Of a stretch of 64,000 nucleotides of DNA, positions 12,271-26,340 are shown in pieces. Origin of the DNA: Octopus vulgaris. Taxonomy: Eukaryota. The notes beneath the pieces were generated by a model that searched no databases, was not told the origin of the DNA, and saw nothing but the letters and a program-made list of their open reading frames with translations. The stretch's first letter is position 1, and each line of letters starts with the position of its first letter. The stretch is from the NCBI GenBank assembly GCA_951406725.2, contig OX597828.1:68696001-68760000 (forward strand). The letters run 5' to 3'. The position numbers and the translations under genes were made by a program.

Positions 12271-13533
12271 CCCAAAACAACAGCTTTGTTCAATTTTATG
12301 CTCTTATATTTGAAACTCCATGTCAGAAATAAAACATATAGTTTACAGGTTTACGTAAAAATGCCTGAAGTTGACACTGGGGTGAAAATTAATGCAATGT
12401 TAGGAGCGATTAGTGTGGCACTACTTGCATCAAGCTCCATCAACCTTCTCCGATAAATGATGCATTTAACCAGAATGTTATTTACATTTTAAAAGTTAAT
12501 TAATGTGTAAAATAATGAAGCGTTAAATAGGTGACGACCAACATTTCAACAGATTATAATTCATCGATTAATCATTTACCATTAGTAAAACGGTAATATT
12601 GCTGGCTGACCACCTGCTAAATATGTAGAAGGCCAAACTCATCGACAAATACTTTCCTAAAAGCCTCTGACATGGAAACGTTTCTTCATTTCCAAAGATG
12701 AAAGCTGCTTAACATAACAGCTCGTTCTAAAGAATAATTTTGTTCCACTAACTTCTTGCAATTTTATTAAATACGTTTGAAATTGCAACATACTTATTAA
12801 GCTGTTGTTTTTTCGTTTTCATTTGTTGTCTTTGCACACGTTGAGTTAATGGGATTACTGTTACCAATTATTTTTGTTTTATTGGATTTTGTTTTCTGTA
12901 TTAAATACACCCGCCCGTAAAACAGGTCTACATCTCTCCAAAGCTTTCATGATTAATACAGGAAATGACACAAATAAGTTCAGATTAGTAAATGTATTAA
13001 TATATATGCTTTTGAAATTAAATTATACTTTTCTAGCGTTTTCTATTACAAAATAGGCACGTTCAGACATCGCAAGTCTTTATATGATATGCATCTGTGT
13101 GTCTATGCATCTGTGTGTGAGAGAGTGTTTTATAAAATCTCTCACTCACTCAACTAAATTCTCGATCGATAGTTCTTTTGATCCTACAAATACCGTTTGT
13201 TACTCTCAATCGGTTAAAAAGAAATCCCTTTTCTCTCGAAAAATTGCAAATAAACAAACACGTAAAGAAGCAAACAAATTTACGCATTTTCAATCATAGA
13301 ATAATGTAAAATATAAAGGAAACGATAGATATAGATGTGATAAAGGGTAGAATAAGGGTCTTAATCGGTAGATTAATTAGGTATAAAGGGGTGTGAAGGT
13401 GGAATAAAAAGCGAAACGAGTAGCGAATGAACGTTGTTTAAATGTCAGTGATTCATATTAATGGATTTTAATGGATTTATTTATAAATGTTTAACATTGC
13501 TAAAGGTAAAACATTCGATGGAATTCATTGCGG

Positions 13534-13597
<64 letters not shown>

Positions 13598-13618
13598 GTT
13601 GTTGTTGTTGTTGTTGTT

Positions 13619-13990
13619 AATGTTTCAATAGCAGGCGATTCGAAGGTGAAATGTAAGGAAAGAGAAAAGAGTGAGAAATACCAGCCACTGCGGGACGAGA
13701 TAGGAAAGTTATGGGGCATGAGGAAAGGAATGGTGATACCTTGTAGTAATTGGAGCATTAGGAGCAGTTTCCAAAGGCTTTGACAAACATATTTAGAATA
13801 TTGGAGCTGCTGTCAGGCTCGAAGCGATCCCGAAGGGAGTATTATTGGGTGCAGCTCGCATTCTAAGGAGAGTATTAACTCTTTGAGTCACAGGACAAAG
13901 CACTACTTGAAACTTTTTGTGATTTATTATTGCCTGCTTTCAAGTAAAGAACAACCGATAATTAAGAACCATCCAAGAGTTTTTCAGAAT
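13619..13990 (+). mobile_element. R4/Dong-clade non-LTR retrotransposon 3' fragment (RLE endonuclease C-terminus)
   Basis: Translates to VSIAGDSKVKCKEREKSEKYQPLRDEIGKLWG, then after a frameshift VVIGALGAVSKG...GVLLGAARILRRVL*. This matches the typical R4/Dong C-terminus. Confidence 0.85.
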
Positions 13991-16900
13991 ACTAATAGAA
14001 GACATCGGCAGCGATGTGACGGCTACTTTTTATGCCACTGTTTTCTAGAAGTGAAATACAAAAGCAAACAAAACAAAGCTTAGTTATTTAATAATCGTCT
14101 AAAAAATTTGGTTGTTGTCTTCGATCGCAATAAAATTGCGAATGGGATAAACAACAGCAACCATTAATGCAGTCTATGTATAGATAAGTATTTAATAAAA
14201 AAAATTCTTCGCAAATATGAAGTTATTTATATTTAAAAACATTCCTTTTCTTTATGTGTTTATTATAAATGTATGTCTCTCCCCGTCTCTCTCTCTCTCT
14301 CCCCCACACACACACACACACACCTCGCTGTCGAATAATTGAAACCGAGACACAGGCATGATTTCGATTATTACTTGAAAACATATATTTACATATTTTA
14401 TATGTAAACCTCGATGTTTCGACTCGATGTCTAAACAACTTGCATCAATGATTCCCCAATGAACATTTGAATGTTATGTTAGCGCACATCTTTCTCTGTA
14501 CATATGAGACCCTGTTTCTGTGTAATTCAGCAATCTCACAAAGCTAAACATCTCTCATATCATATCTCTCTCGTCTAAAAAAGGCAAGCACTCATTAAAT
14601 ATAGTTTTATATACCAGTAGAAATGTAAAATGATGGCTGAAATGTCTTGGGTCATTAGGTCTGTTCAGTCAAGGTGAACCTAGAGGTAAACAACAGTAAT
14701 TTCCACAAGGAGGAAAATCTTAGTCTTTTCTCAAAAGAATTGATTTTATGTGCTCTGATCACACCGAGATATAATCAAAAGCGTTACAATTGCAACTATC
14801 TCATCTTTTGTCAGACGACATTTTGTCAGATGACATTAAGACAACATTATCTAAAATGTCTTTTTGTAAAACGATAGGGTGCTATTTGCGTGAAATATGG
14901 ATACTATTTCTGTCAGTGGAAATGACGTTGTCGATGACAGTTTTTTTAAAGCTGCAAGTCGCTTCATAGGTTTATCAGATGGTATATAGGATGGGATAGT
15001 AATTATTCCATTTTGTAGTCAGGAAAAGCCAATCTAAAACTGTACTATATAACGTATGCACACTTTTTTTTAAAGATGGTAAGGAATAATTTGATGGAGA
15101 TTTCACACGGGTTTCTCTCGTTGACAGTATAATCGTTTGAGGGAAGCCTTCCCTGACTTATGGAGATTTGCCTAAAAGAAAGGCTGTGACAGGAAGCTAT
15201 ATTTTATGGATTCAATGACTCAACCACACCACTTTTTATTGATCTATTCGTCCATCTACATAATGATAATTCATTGAATAACAAACTAGATATAATGAAC
15301 ACCATATGAAGTTGTTAATAAATCCCAAACTCGATGCTCGATTGGTACTCTGTTATAAAATTATAAACGGTTCTTAAATTATTACTTGACTTCGAAATAT
15401 TTTATCATTATATTGAGTTCAATAATTTTCTTCCATTAATTACACTCAGAAACAATACTGTAATTGGACTTTGGACAAAATGTGAAATTAATTGCAACGA
15501 CTTTGATTGCTATTGTTATTAAGATCCGTAATGATATGATTCACACTTGACTATTCAATATAATGATGGAAGTACGTCACCTTATCGACTGAAGAATTAG
15601 TCTGGTGTCTATTTTCCACTCGTAGAAAGAGATGTCAACCGTCTTAGATGGAAATAAAGATACTAGCAGATACATTAGGTGAAAGGAATCGACTGAATAT
15701 AAAAACTGTATTGTATAAAAACTTTCATCAAAAGATTACTCAACTAAGAACAACTAGGATCAATCACACTGTCTTTCAGTAGATTCATTAATGTTCAAAC
15801 CATTTGTTTTCCTTTCTGCATTTCTTTAAGTGAAGATCGATTTTCATAACAAGGAAAATAAACTTGAATCTACAGATTCACAACTCAGCGAGTGTTGTGC
15901 TTTGAATTCGTATGCTACACTCCTTCACATATTCACCTTTCAGTATCCACTTAACAACAGCTTATCGTTCTCAACCAGATGCCTTTGCAATGTAAAGCAG
16001 CTGTAGTGCCACTAATGACATTAAACCTAGAACCCCGAGACACAGGAATAGCCTGCTGACTAATTCACTAGTGCTTCAAGAGGCACTACCATTCTAAATT
16101 AAGTTATCAGATTATTTCTCATTAGTCATAACGTTCTTCTTTTTGGGGAGAAAATTCATAATATTGGGATGTTGGTATTTAACCTCAAGAATCTTAGTGG
16201 CATAGATGAAATGATGTCAGCCTGGAATCAAAACTATACTAAGGACCTTGAAATGGTACTTTTAAAATGAGTTTGAAGGAAAGGAGATCGAATATAAAAT
16301 TTATTTTCTCACAAAGATAATACAATATCGATGAAGATACTTAAAATTCTATCATTATTTCCAGGAATTTATTGTTTACAGTACACAACTCAACACTAGC
16401 TTAATTGGAAGAATATCGATATTTTCCAATAGGTACCGATTCAAAGTTATAGGGAATAAATCAATTGGTAAAAATAATCTATATTAATCTACCACAGTCT
16501 AACGTTTAAACTTGCTCAATCTTAATTTTATAACGAATCCTGTTAAAAGTACATTGAAGACAATTGACTGATAAACTATGGAACTAGATAGAAAATATAT
16601 TCTATTGTAGACACATTTCTATTAGAAGTATTATTCGTAAGAAAATTGACTGAAAAATAAATATTTTAAATTAATTGAATTAGAATTTCCAGCTCAGTGG
16701 CTCAGCTTCTTTTCTTCGCTCATTGAGATTGTAGACTCATGTCCAGCCAAATACACTTTTTACTGATATAAAATATGCATGTCGAAAAGTGTTCTATGAT
16801 TTGTTAAAGCCTCGCCAATGAACCATGACAGAAGAATATTATTCATAGATTATGTCTTCGATTTTGTTTCATGGTTAAGATTTAGTGCTTCTTGATGAAA

Positions 16901-18128
16901 AGATAGATATAATAGATAACAGCATTCGATACGAAAGAGATAAACTAGTACATAACAAATGATATAGCTTTTAAAGACCTTCTCACTTTCAGTAATTAAT
17001 TACCTGGATTTTGCATCATCTCAAAAATTAATCGGGCATGAAAAGTTTGAAAAGAAAGTATAATATTTCATTGTTCTCTACAAACTTTCAACAGCCTTAT
17101 AGTTTTCAAAATAAGTGTGGAATTTCAACGAATACTTCAAGTACTTATTATTCTTTCACATATTCCTGCTACTATGTTATTTTCTGGAAATAAACCAGGT
17201 CAAGGACCATATTTATCCGAAGCTTACGTCTATTCTATTACACTCGATAAAATATACACGAATCGATAGCAGTTGTATTATTCGTATCAATTTACTGTTT
17301 GTTATCTCGCCAAACTTTCTACACTCAACAGTATTCTGCTTGTTTATGTAGGCCATTAAAACTCTTCTCGTCTGCTTTCTTCAAGTAAATAACGTTGCTT
17401 ATGCAGCGCTCTTATGTTTTATTTCTCTTTTATCTGTATAGGTCAAAGTTATTGATCTGTTATATGGTATTTTAAACGCTTCTGAAAATGGTGACCTTTC
17501 TACTCTTTGTAATTATATTTTTGAGACATTTCGATCATTTCTAGATCAAACGTTTCCTCCCTAACGCTGTCCCTGGCCGAGTTACTTAGCTCTTTGAGAC
17601 CCTTTTTGATATACTTTTGCGTTGATTCTGGCGTACGCGTGTTCTGGTCGTTCGATCAATGGGACCGTCCATTGTCTTGTTATTACATAGTAAGTATCCA
17701 CGGACCCTTGTAATCTTAGAGCAATCTGTAGACTTAATCAGCATGACACTGTGTAACAAGAATGGCCATTCTAATCACAGGTACATTTCAGTTAATTTCC
17801 TTACAGAACATGTGTCATTTTGAGACAATGTTAGAAAAGACTGCCCCATGTTCAGTGCAGTTGGATCCATCGCCAGTTTTCTCCATGCCCAGAGTAGTGA
17901 GCTCATTTAACGAACCTTGATCTAAATATGTACAGTTCTACCTGTAATTCAAAGAGCCAGCCTTCTCCTATTCTATGTCACGCTGAGGCTTACGTTAAGG
18001 GTACGCGTGTTTCTGGAGTACTCAGCCACTTGTACAGGTTGTTTCGTTGATCGGATTAACTGGAACTGTTGTTTACGTAACCAACAGAATGCCAGTTCGC
18101 AGCAGATCAAATGCCTTGCGGTATTTAG

Positions 18129-18359
18129 GGTGGCGAGCTGGCAGAATCGTTAGCAGGCCGGGCGAACTGCCTAGCGGTATTTCGTCCGCCGTTACGTTCT
18201 GAGTTCAAATTCCGCCGAGGTCGACTTTACCTTTCATCCTTTCGGGGTCGATTAAATATGTACCAGTTACGCACTGGGGTCGATATAATCCACTTAATCC
18301 CTTTGTCTGTCCTTGTTTGTCCTCTCTGTGTTTAGCCCCTTGTGGGTAGTAAAGAAATA
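18129..18359 (+). mobile_element. SINE family A nested in an older SINE A relative
   Basis: 9-bp TSD GGTATTTAG at 18120-18128 and 18360-18368. The flanks rejoin as an old copy (AAATGCCTTGCGGTATTTAG...TACGTTCTGAGTTCAAA). Confidence 0.9.
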
Positions 18360-19121
18360 GGTATTTAGTTACATGCCTATACGTTCTGAGTTCAAACCTA
18401 AATGAGTTATACTTTGATTTACATCTTTCCTTGTTTAATAAAATAAGTACTTTGGTGGGCTGAAATAACTGTTGCGCACTTCTAAATTCGAGGCCTCGTA
18501 TCTGAAAGATCGAAAATAAAAGGAACATTGGCAAGCACTGTTGATTCCTTGAAGATATTTTACTTCACACCTAATGCTGTTAAAATACAAACATTGTATT
18601 TCTATTCAAATAAAGCCAATATTATCACGTAGGATTTACAGTCCTTATCTCACAGTGAGCCTGAAGTTATATCACTAATCAGACTACATTCTGTATAACA
18701 ACAAGCATGATACATTCTTCAAAGAATTTCTTTACATAGGAAATACTTCGCTTTTAACGTATCACGATTACCAAGAATGATTAACACCATCATTTCTTTG
18801 TCGCTCTTATTATATATAATATAGAATACGTGAATCGTGTGGAGTCACATGCAAATCGAAATGCCCAGGTGGGTAATAATCTTGAATATCAAGTTATGGA
18901 AGAAACTTGAAAGATATCTGTCACTTGTGATTTAAACCCTGTCAGTCAGCAGCTGGTCTTAAAACGTTATCTGAGGGATCATCAACGGAGGGATTGCGCT
19001 GTGTAATGGAGTATGGTGTGTGCTGATGGGATGGCTGTCATCTGTAAGATGAAGCAATCATCATATATATATATATATACACATACATACATACATACAT
19101 ACATACATACATACATACATA

Positions 19122-19422
19122 GTGAAGTCGCATGGCTCAGTGGTTAGAGCGTCGAACTTACGACCGTGAGGGTGGGAGTTCGAATCCCGGACCGGGCTGC
19201 GTGTTGTGTTCTTGAGTAAGACACATTATTTCACGTTGCTCCAGTTCACTCAGCTGTAGAAATGAGTTGCGACGTCACAGGTGCCAAGCTGTATCGGTCC
19301 CTTTGCCTTTCCCTTGGATGACATCGGTGCGTGAAGAGGGGAGGCTGGTAACACGGACTTGTGCTACGGAGGGTAACTTTCTAGGTGCAATCCCATGGTC
19401 ATTCCTGACCGAAGGGGGTCTC

Positions 19423-19424
<2 letters not shown>
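19122..19424 (+). mobile_element. tRNA-derived SINE family E
   Basis: A box TGGCTCAGTGGTTAGAG, B box GGAGTTCGAATCCC, then GTTGTGTTCTTGAGTAAGACAC. Diverged relatives occur at about 46620-46770 (-), 50540-50650 (-) and 50990-51210 (+). Confidence 0.85.
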
Positions 19425-19485
<61 letters not shown>

Positions 19486-19491
<6 letters not shown>

Positions 19492-20697
19492 TGAGTTAGG
19501 AGTAAGAAGAATTGTACCGGATATTTGCAGAGTTTCGATGATTTTTAAGCCATTTCTTTTTGCAATTGTCTGATAATACAGACATAGACTTGCCAAATGC
19601 ATCAATAGATTAACATTGATATTTGTTCACCGTTGTTACAATGGATTTATCAAAATGCGATACTCGAGCAATTTTGCTATTCAACTTTAAAAGAGGATGT
19701 AAAACAGCTGAAACTGCTCGCGATATTATCGAAACGTTTGATGAGGAAATGACCAGTAAGTGGTCAGTTTGAAAATGGTTTAAACGGTTTCGCAGTGGAG
19801 ACCTGAGCCTTAAAGATCATGGACGTAGCGGACGTCCATTTGTCATCGATGACGGTCAATTAAAGACCGTCATTGAGAAAGAACCACTCGAGAACTGGCA
19901 AAAGAACTTCAAGTTCGCCAGAAAACTGCCTGCAACTACTTGCATGCGATCGGAAAATCAAAACAGCTCGACAAAGGAGGACCACAAGATTTGAATGAAA
20001 ATCAGAAAATGCGCAGATATGAAATTTAATTCTTCGCTTCTTCTCTGTAACCAAATCGATCTGTTTCTTGACTGTATTGTAACTTGCGATGGAAAGTGGA
20101 TTCTGCACAATAATAAAAACTTCTTCGCAGTGGCTGGACCAAAAAGAAAAACCGAAAACCTTCCCTAAACTCGAGCTTAGGTTATGGTGACTGTTTGGCG
20201 GTGTATCGCTGGACTCATCCACAATAACTTCTTAAAACCTGGAAAAACCATTACTGCAGAAACATATTGCCAAAATGAATGAAAAATTTCTACTCCTCCA
20301 TCCCAGACTGGTCAAGAGAAGAGAGGCAATCATTCTTCATGATTTGCTCGACCACACATTTCACTAATGACGCTCCAGAAGTTGAGGGAACTTGGCTGCG
20401 AAGTTCTTCCCCACCCAGCTTATCCCCAGACCTTTCTCCTACCGACTGCCACCTTTTCAAGCACCTTGATGATTTCCTGCGAGAGGAGGAGTTAAAAAAT
20501 CGAAGCAATGCTGAAAGTGCGTTCAAAGAGTTCATCAGTTCCAGAACTCGAGATTTTTATGTTACCAGAATAAACAAATGGGCAAAAATGTGTTGATTGT
20601 AATTGTACTTACTTAGATGAATGAAATCCCCGCATTGTTGAAATATATTGTGATGAATTTCATATTTCCAGAGGTTGCTTACTTTTTACTCAGCCTG

Positions 20698-20698
<1 letters not shown>
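19486..20698 (+). mobile_element. Near full-length mariner DNA transposon (Hsmar1/cecropia-like), inactive
   Basis: Imperfect TIRs TAAGGTTGAGTTAGGAGTAAG / CTTACTTTTTACTCAGCCTGA, each flanked by TA. Length is about 1.2 kb. Confidence 0.9.
19641..20625 (+). pseudogene. Mariner DD34D transposase pseudogene
   Basis: Reads MDLSKCDTRAILLFNFKRG...KWFKRFRSGDLSLKDHGRSGRP, IVTCDGKWILHNN and SPDLSPTDCHLFKHLDDFL, ending KCVDCNCTYLD. It has several stops and frameshifts. Confidence 0.9.
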
Positions 20699-20768
<70 letters not shown>

Positions 20769-22634
20769 GTTAGGCAACAAGAACTTTTGTAAACTTTTGA
20801 CAAAACATAAAATGATATTGTATTGAAAGAGTGGGTCTCAAAGCGTACATTAAAATGGGAGGCAGATTTTGACTTTTCTATCCAGAAAGGTTTCCCAACC
20901 TATGCATACTATTATTCATAGCTTTATGTGTGCTTTGAGAATCACAATGCGATTATATATATATATATCAAGTTCTGAGTCTGTTTTTCTTATTTTCATG
21001 TAAGTTCCTTACAGTTTGGAACAGTAATGTTCTTAAATCAGTCATCAACCATTGTAGATCTTCGTATTTCATCTCCAGAATGACGTGATGTTGGCGTGTG
21101 CTTATACGTTTTTATTCAGATATGGCCAATATGATTGGCGTAAAAGGAATTTGAAATTTGATTCTTAGATTTATACGCTGTTAGTCAAGTGTTTCCTCAC
21201 GTTAATGTTTAATGCAAGTTGTCGGTGCATTTATTTTAGCAGTGCTATTGTTTTGTGTTGTCTGCTGCAGGTCATTGCTCCTTGTTGTGAGGTGATACCC
21301 TGATGACATTTGGGATGAACTAATTCTCAGTATGTGTATCATCTTCTGCAGAAATGTGACATGATCCACAGTTTCGGTCGGATCTTGGGTGATAAAAAAG
21401 CTTAACTGCATCATTTTTTAATTACATATTTCGTAGCTGTCTCTTGCTCTAGGATTACAAAAAGCACAACCTTTGAAATGTGACGAACCTGCGTCCTAGT
21501 GGGATTACACTTCATGCTAATATTAGCATCAACCTCAAGCTTATGGATAACATGCCGAAGCAATAACCTTTTTATGATATACAGAGCCTTTATTTCAGTT
21601 CTTTTTCAGATATTAATCCTTAAACCAGTAGTTCTGGATTTGCAGGGAAAATCGTTAGGCAGTCAATACTTCTTGGGGAGTTCAACGACGACTCATAGGA
21701 TGTTGTTCTCTTCCCTCTTTGCACCTGAATTATGCTCGTGCTGTCGTTGTTTAGCTCATACTGAGTAATATCCTACGACATTCAGCGACTGTCCGTACTG
21801 ATTTTAAACTTCTTAAAAATATTTTTGTTGTTTTTGTAAAATCTCAGAAAATAGTTTAAAAAATCACATTTTTGTCAAATTATTTTGTTATATTTGTCTA
21901 TCTATCCAACTGTAAACATTTTAAATATTTCACTAACTTTTTGTTATAACTTGGCAAATCATATCAACATCAGACTTATTTAAGCTTCATTCTTTTTGAC
22001 TGTGTATGTACATTTTGTATGACACACTGATGTCGATTATATTTCAATGCTGTTTCAATTGCATACACCGACTTTTCCATAAGTTTCCACAACACCAGCG
22101 AATGTTAGATTCACTATTTCATATAAATATCGAGGCACGAATTTCGTTTAAATACCTGACAATCGAATGTGAATTGCGTCTGTCGTTCTTGTGAGTCACT
22201 GCAGAAATGATGCCCGTCTCGCTCCGATAATTATAGTGCTTTTAATGTAACAAGTCTATGATGAGATTTTATCTCAGATAATTCCATAGTTTCATGCCTT
22301 CTAACTTTGTTGATACTTATAATGTATTCCACAGACGATGGTTTTAAATTAATACTGTGTCAGTTGCGGGCATCGAGTTTCTATGTGTGTTGATAAAAAT
22401 ACATATATGAAAAATTAGCGACATCAAATCTTTTATAATAATTAAGAGTGAAAATTATGTCAGTTCGTTTCTGCCTTTTTTCTGATTAGAACCATTTCAA
22501 TGTTAGCGCATATAGCTGTGTAACACACACACACACACACACACTCACGCACATATATAAACGCAGCAGTGTGTATGGGAATATGAGTGTGAGTGCATGT
22601 ATTGTGTGCACGTCCGTTCGTCTCAGATATGTGC

Positions 22635-23110
22635 CAATCTCAGATATGTCTTCTTTGCCGGTAACTTAGAAGAATTGAAGTTTTTGATGAATAGAGTGAA
22701 AGAAAATAGTGAAGAAAAAGCGCCATTCATTAATTCTGATAAAGCTGAATCAATGATTATCTCAGGAACATATTATCGTGATAATCCTATAATAATCAAA
22801 CTGTCAATGAAGTGAATGATGAGATTTGATGTGTTGCTTGTATTATTACAAATCAATGCCGGGACAGAAAAGCGATAAAAGGGAAAATTGCAATGGCAAG
22901 ATCTGCTGTTGTCTCTTTAAACTACTTTCGGTAAAAAAAATCATTAATAAGTAAAAAGATCAAGTTGAAATGATTAAACACTGATATTAGCCGTAGCAAC
23001 TTATGGATTTCATTGCTGGTAATATCAAAAAGTTGATAAAAAGTTGTGCGTTTCCAAGTTTGGTGTTATAAAACGCCACTAAGAATTAGTGGGACAAAAC
23101 AAAAAGGAAC
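22635..23110 (+). mobile_element. RTE (BovB-like) LINE reverse-transcriptase remnant
   Basis: NLRYVFFAGNLEELKFLMNRVKENSEE (compare NLRYADD..EELQ.L...VKEES), GKIAMARSA, VATYG and FQVWCYKTPLRISGT (compare FEMWCYRRMLRISWT). Confidence 0.7.
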
Positions 23111-23289
23111 GAAATTACTTATCGAATCAAATAGGAATTCAGAACAGGATGAAATAACCCAGAAGATATTAAATGGAAAAGGCAATGCATTTTCTGATAA
23201 TGGTACATTTTTTTCTCTATTAGATTTATGAAACAAAATGTTATTCAATCCAATGATTGGCTCAATGCAGCCATGACGCGAATTGCAAT

Positions 23290-23585
23290 CCATCTTCAGT
23301 GGGTAATGGTTCTTGTTGCTCATCTCACGTCCATGTTGCCTCTCTTTAACGATTCGCTGGTAATCATGGGGCCGCCGGTTGGCAACGCTTCAAGTGCAGT
23401 CATCCAGGGTTTCACATCAAGAAAACTATGATGCCACATGCTGGCGATCACTTCAAAGTAAAAATTGTCGGCCAGCCACTTCAAAGTCGTGAAAGCCATG
23501 TGGGAGGGAACATGTGGCCACTCCTCGATACACTGCTTGGCTACTGTGTCCACTACTTCAATGTAAAGGATGGTGTTAACTCAGG
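23290..23585 (-). mobile_element. Tc1/mariner (maT/DD37D-like) transposase fragment
   Basis: YIEVVDTVAKQCIEE..PSHMAFTTLKWLADNF..MWHHSFLDVKPW resembles YIEVLETVVKPWI..APSH.A..TQ.W..NF..WPPSSPDLNPLD. Confidence 0.6.
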
Positions 23586-24851
23586 AAACTGGTGTGTATT
23601 ATTGTAATTCCGTTATTCCTGGGTTGATCCACATGTCGTTACATCTGTTCATCTTCTGGTGATAGTTAAAGTTCATATTTGGGAAGAATCAGAGTACGAC
23701 AGATTTCTTGCTTTAGACTTGTAACACACGTCTTACAGCGGAGGTTACGCATCCTGATAATCTGACCGCAGTTACAAAGGATGTATAATTGGGCTCTACA
23801 GATCTCTTTAAACATCTCTACTCTGTTTCCAAGACTGACTCCATAAAATTAATATGTTCCCTTAGCAATGCAACAGTGGTCAAATATTAAATTATGTGTG
23901 ACCCCAGCCTTGGTCTATGAATATCTTGAAACCGGTATTTGCATCGCAAGAGAAATCAGTAAAAAAAGATTTAACAAATTTGCTGATTTCTCGATTGGTA
24001 AGAAACAAACCCATACGATAGGATTGAGATTGGTCTTAAATTATAAACAAAATAAGAGCCTCAACGTGATTTCTAGGTTTGCTTGAAATAGCAGCCAAAT
24101 CTCTCTCGAATCACACCCTACTGTCTTAAGTGGGATGCACTGGTTGATATAATCCCTAATATAATCAATAGACAGGAAGGTCACGGCCAGAATACTTTTT
24201 ATCATAAGCTTGGCGAATCGGTTTAATGTGGGTAAATCGGTTTGACAAGAACCCTTGCAATTGTCTGGTCCTAAAATATAGACACTTCGGCATTCCGAGA
24301 GTGCCAAATGAATATTTAAAATTAAACTTTCAGGAAGAATTTCGGATATGATAATTTCCAAATTAAGCTGGAAATAGGAATCTCTTTTAATATGTTCGTG
24401 AGTAACTCGGCTACTTTGGGTTAAGTAGACAAGTTCTAAGGAGTCGATTTTATATATTAATTTAACCAACTTTCCATTGTCTTACGACATCCACAACAAA
24501 TTTCTACATACGACATAATGGACATACACATCTGCACACATTCAGATAGATAAATAGATAGATAGAGAGATAGAGAAAGAGAAAAAGAGAGAGAGAGAGA
24601 GTGAGGGTAAACAAACTGATACACATACATACACATTCAGAGAAAGAGGAAAGGTATACAAATGCATACTTATGAACATTTATACTCACTTACACCCACA
24701 TTCCGAGAGAGAAATACACTAACAGACACAGAGCTACATTCACCTGAACACGCATACAAAATTACACGACTACAATACGCACAGATACACGATACACGCT
24801 CGTAATTACACAAACTCTTTCTCACTCACTAATGCCTAAATATACAGAATA

Positions 24852-24951
<100 letters not shown>

Positions 24952-25550
24952 GCGTCGTCGAGAGGGTTTGAGTGTGATTAATTAGAATAGTTAGACTATA
25001 TAGTTACTCTATATAGACAGAGATATTAATGCAGCCGCAGGTACGTATCTCTGAGATGGCATAAAGAATATTCAGTTATGCTAATGGCTAAACATTCACT
25101 TATTCAGTTTATTGGTCAGCATAGTGTGGTGGCTTTATTATTATGTCCAATCTACAAATAAGTTGACCGTTTTTGACCATTTCTTATCTTTTGTTGTATT
25201 CAGTGACAACCACATTTTAACAGACAAAAATAAAAAGGCAAGATTGATTTAAATACACACACATACATACATACACACTCTCTCTGTATCACGCTCTCTA
25301 AAGAAATGTGTGTGTGTGTGTCTGTGTGTGTGTGTCTGTGTGTGTGTGAAGAAATCGTGTAAATTGAGGGAGATAAGTTTGTAATCAATGATTCTCAGTC
25401 CTTTTTTAGCGATGGACCCTCTTGTGTCATACTTTACTCTGATGGCCCCTCTTAGCCATTCGATCTGTTAAAAATCCTATTATATTTTTATAACTAAATC
25501 TTATTAGGAATTGTATAAAAATAATTATCAAAATATATTTTGTGTAATAA

Positions 25551-25757
25551 AGGCGGCGAGCTGGCAGAAACGTTAGCACGCCGGGCGAAATGCTTTGCGG
25601 TATTTCGTCTGCCGTAACGTTCTGAGTTCAAATTCCACCGAGGTCGACTTTGCCTTTCATTCTTTCGGGGTCGATAAATAAAGTACCAGTTACGCACTGG
25701 GGTCGATGTAATCGGCTTAATCCCCTTGTTTAGCCCCTTGTGGGTAGTAAAGAAATA
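25551..25757 (+). mobile_element. SINE family A (3' internal deletion)
   Basis: Matches family A, with an imperfect TSD ATTTTG(T/G)GTAATA. A 5' stub also lies at about 25993-26030. Confidence 0.88.
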
Positions 25758-26039
25758 TACATTTTGGGTAATATAGAAATATAACAAATTTATTGCAGAA
25801 ATTTTAACAACAAAATTTTATAGACCTCGGCTATGAACAACTATTTTTAATGAACTTTATCAATAATAAAAGAAAACATAGCTAAAACAATAATTGAAAT
25901 GGGAATAAAATATAATTATAACACATGCCGGTAAATACGTATAGACTTGCTTTTCTCCGTGTTTATCCTGTTTATTGTATTGTATTACCAAGACGGCGAG
26001 CTGGCAGAAACGTTAGCATGCTGGGCGAATCACAACTTG

Positions 26040-26340
26040 ACTGAGCCAGTTTTTCATACGAAGCTCTCCAATCACTTCCTTTGTTTAGCTGCCTCCAATG
26101 CTTCCTAAGTACACTGATTGCCCAACCCCATTGCTTTAATCGAAACCTCCTCCTCTTCCATTTGGCTCTTTTCTTCGGTCACAATATCTTACCTATCCTT
26201 GTTATTCTAGAGGGACAATCATTTCTTTCCTACACTCCCCAGTGTAACCCGTGTGTTCTAGAATGGTCTCTGCCAACTCATACCAACCATTTCCTTTCTG
26301 CCAAAGTTCTTGACTGGACAACGTGAACTCCTGCAGCATC
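26040..26340 (-). mobile_element. Possible LINE (RTE-like) 3' remnant
   Basis: Only weak motifs such as EALEAAKQRK*LESFV (compare EA..A.DR..WR..V). Confidence 0.3.

Noticed and set aside
19122-19200. tRNA genes here and at 30022 and 33399
   Set aside because: A and B boxes are present, but there is no proper cloverleaf and they continue into SINE bodies (two with TSDs).
21200-21480. RT-like ETVDHVTFLQKM segment on the minus strand
   Set aside because: It is a single weak motif, too degraded to call.
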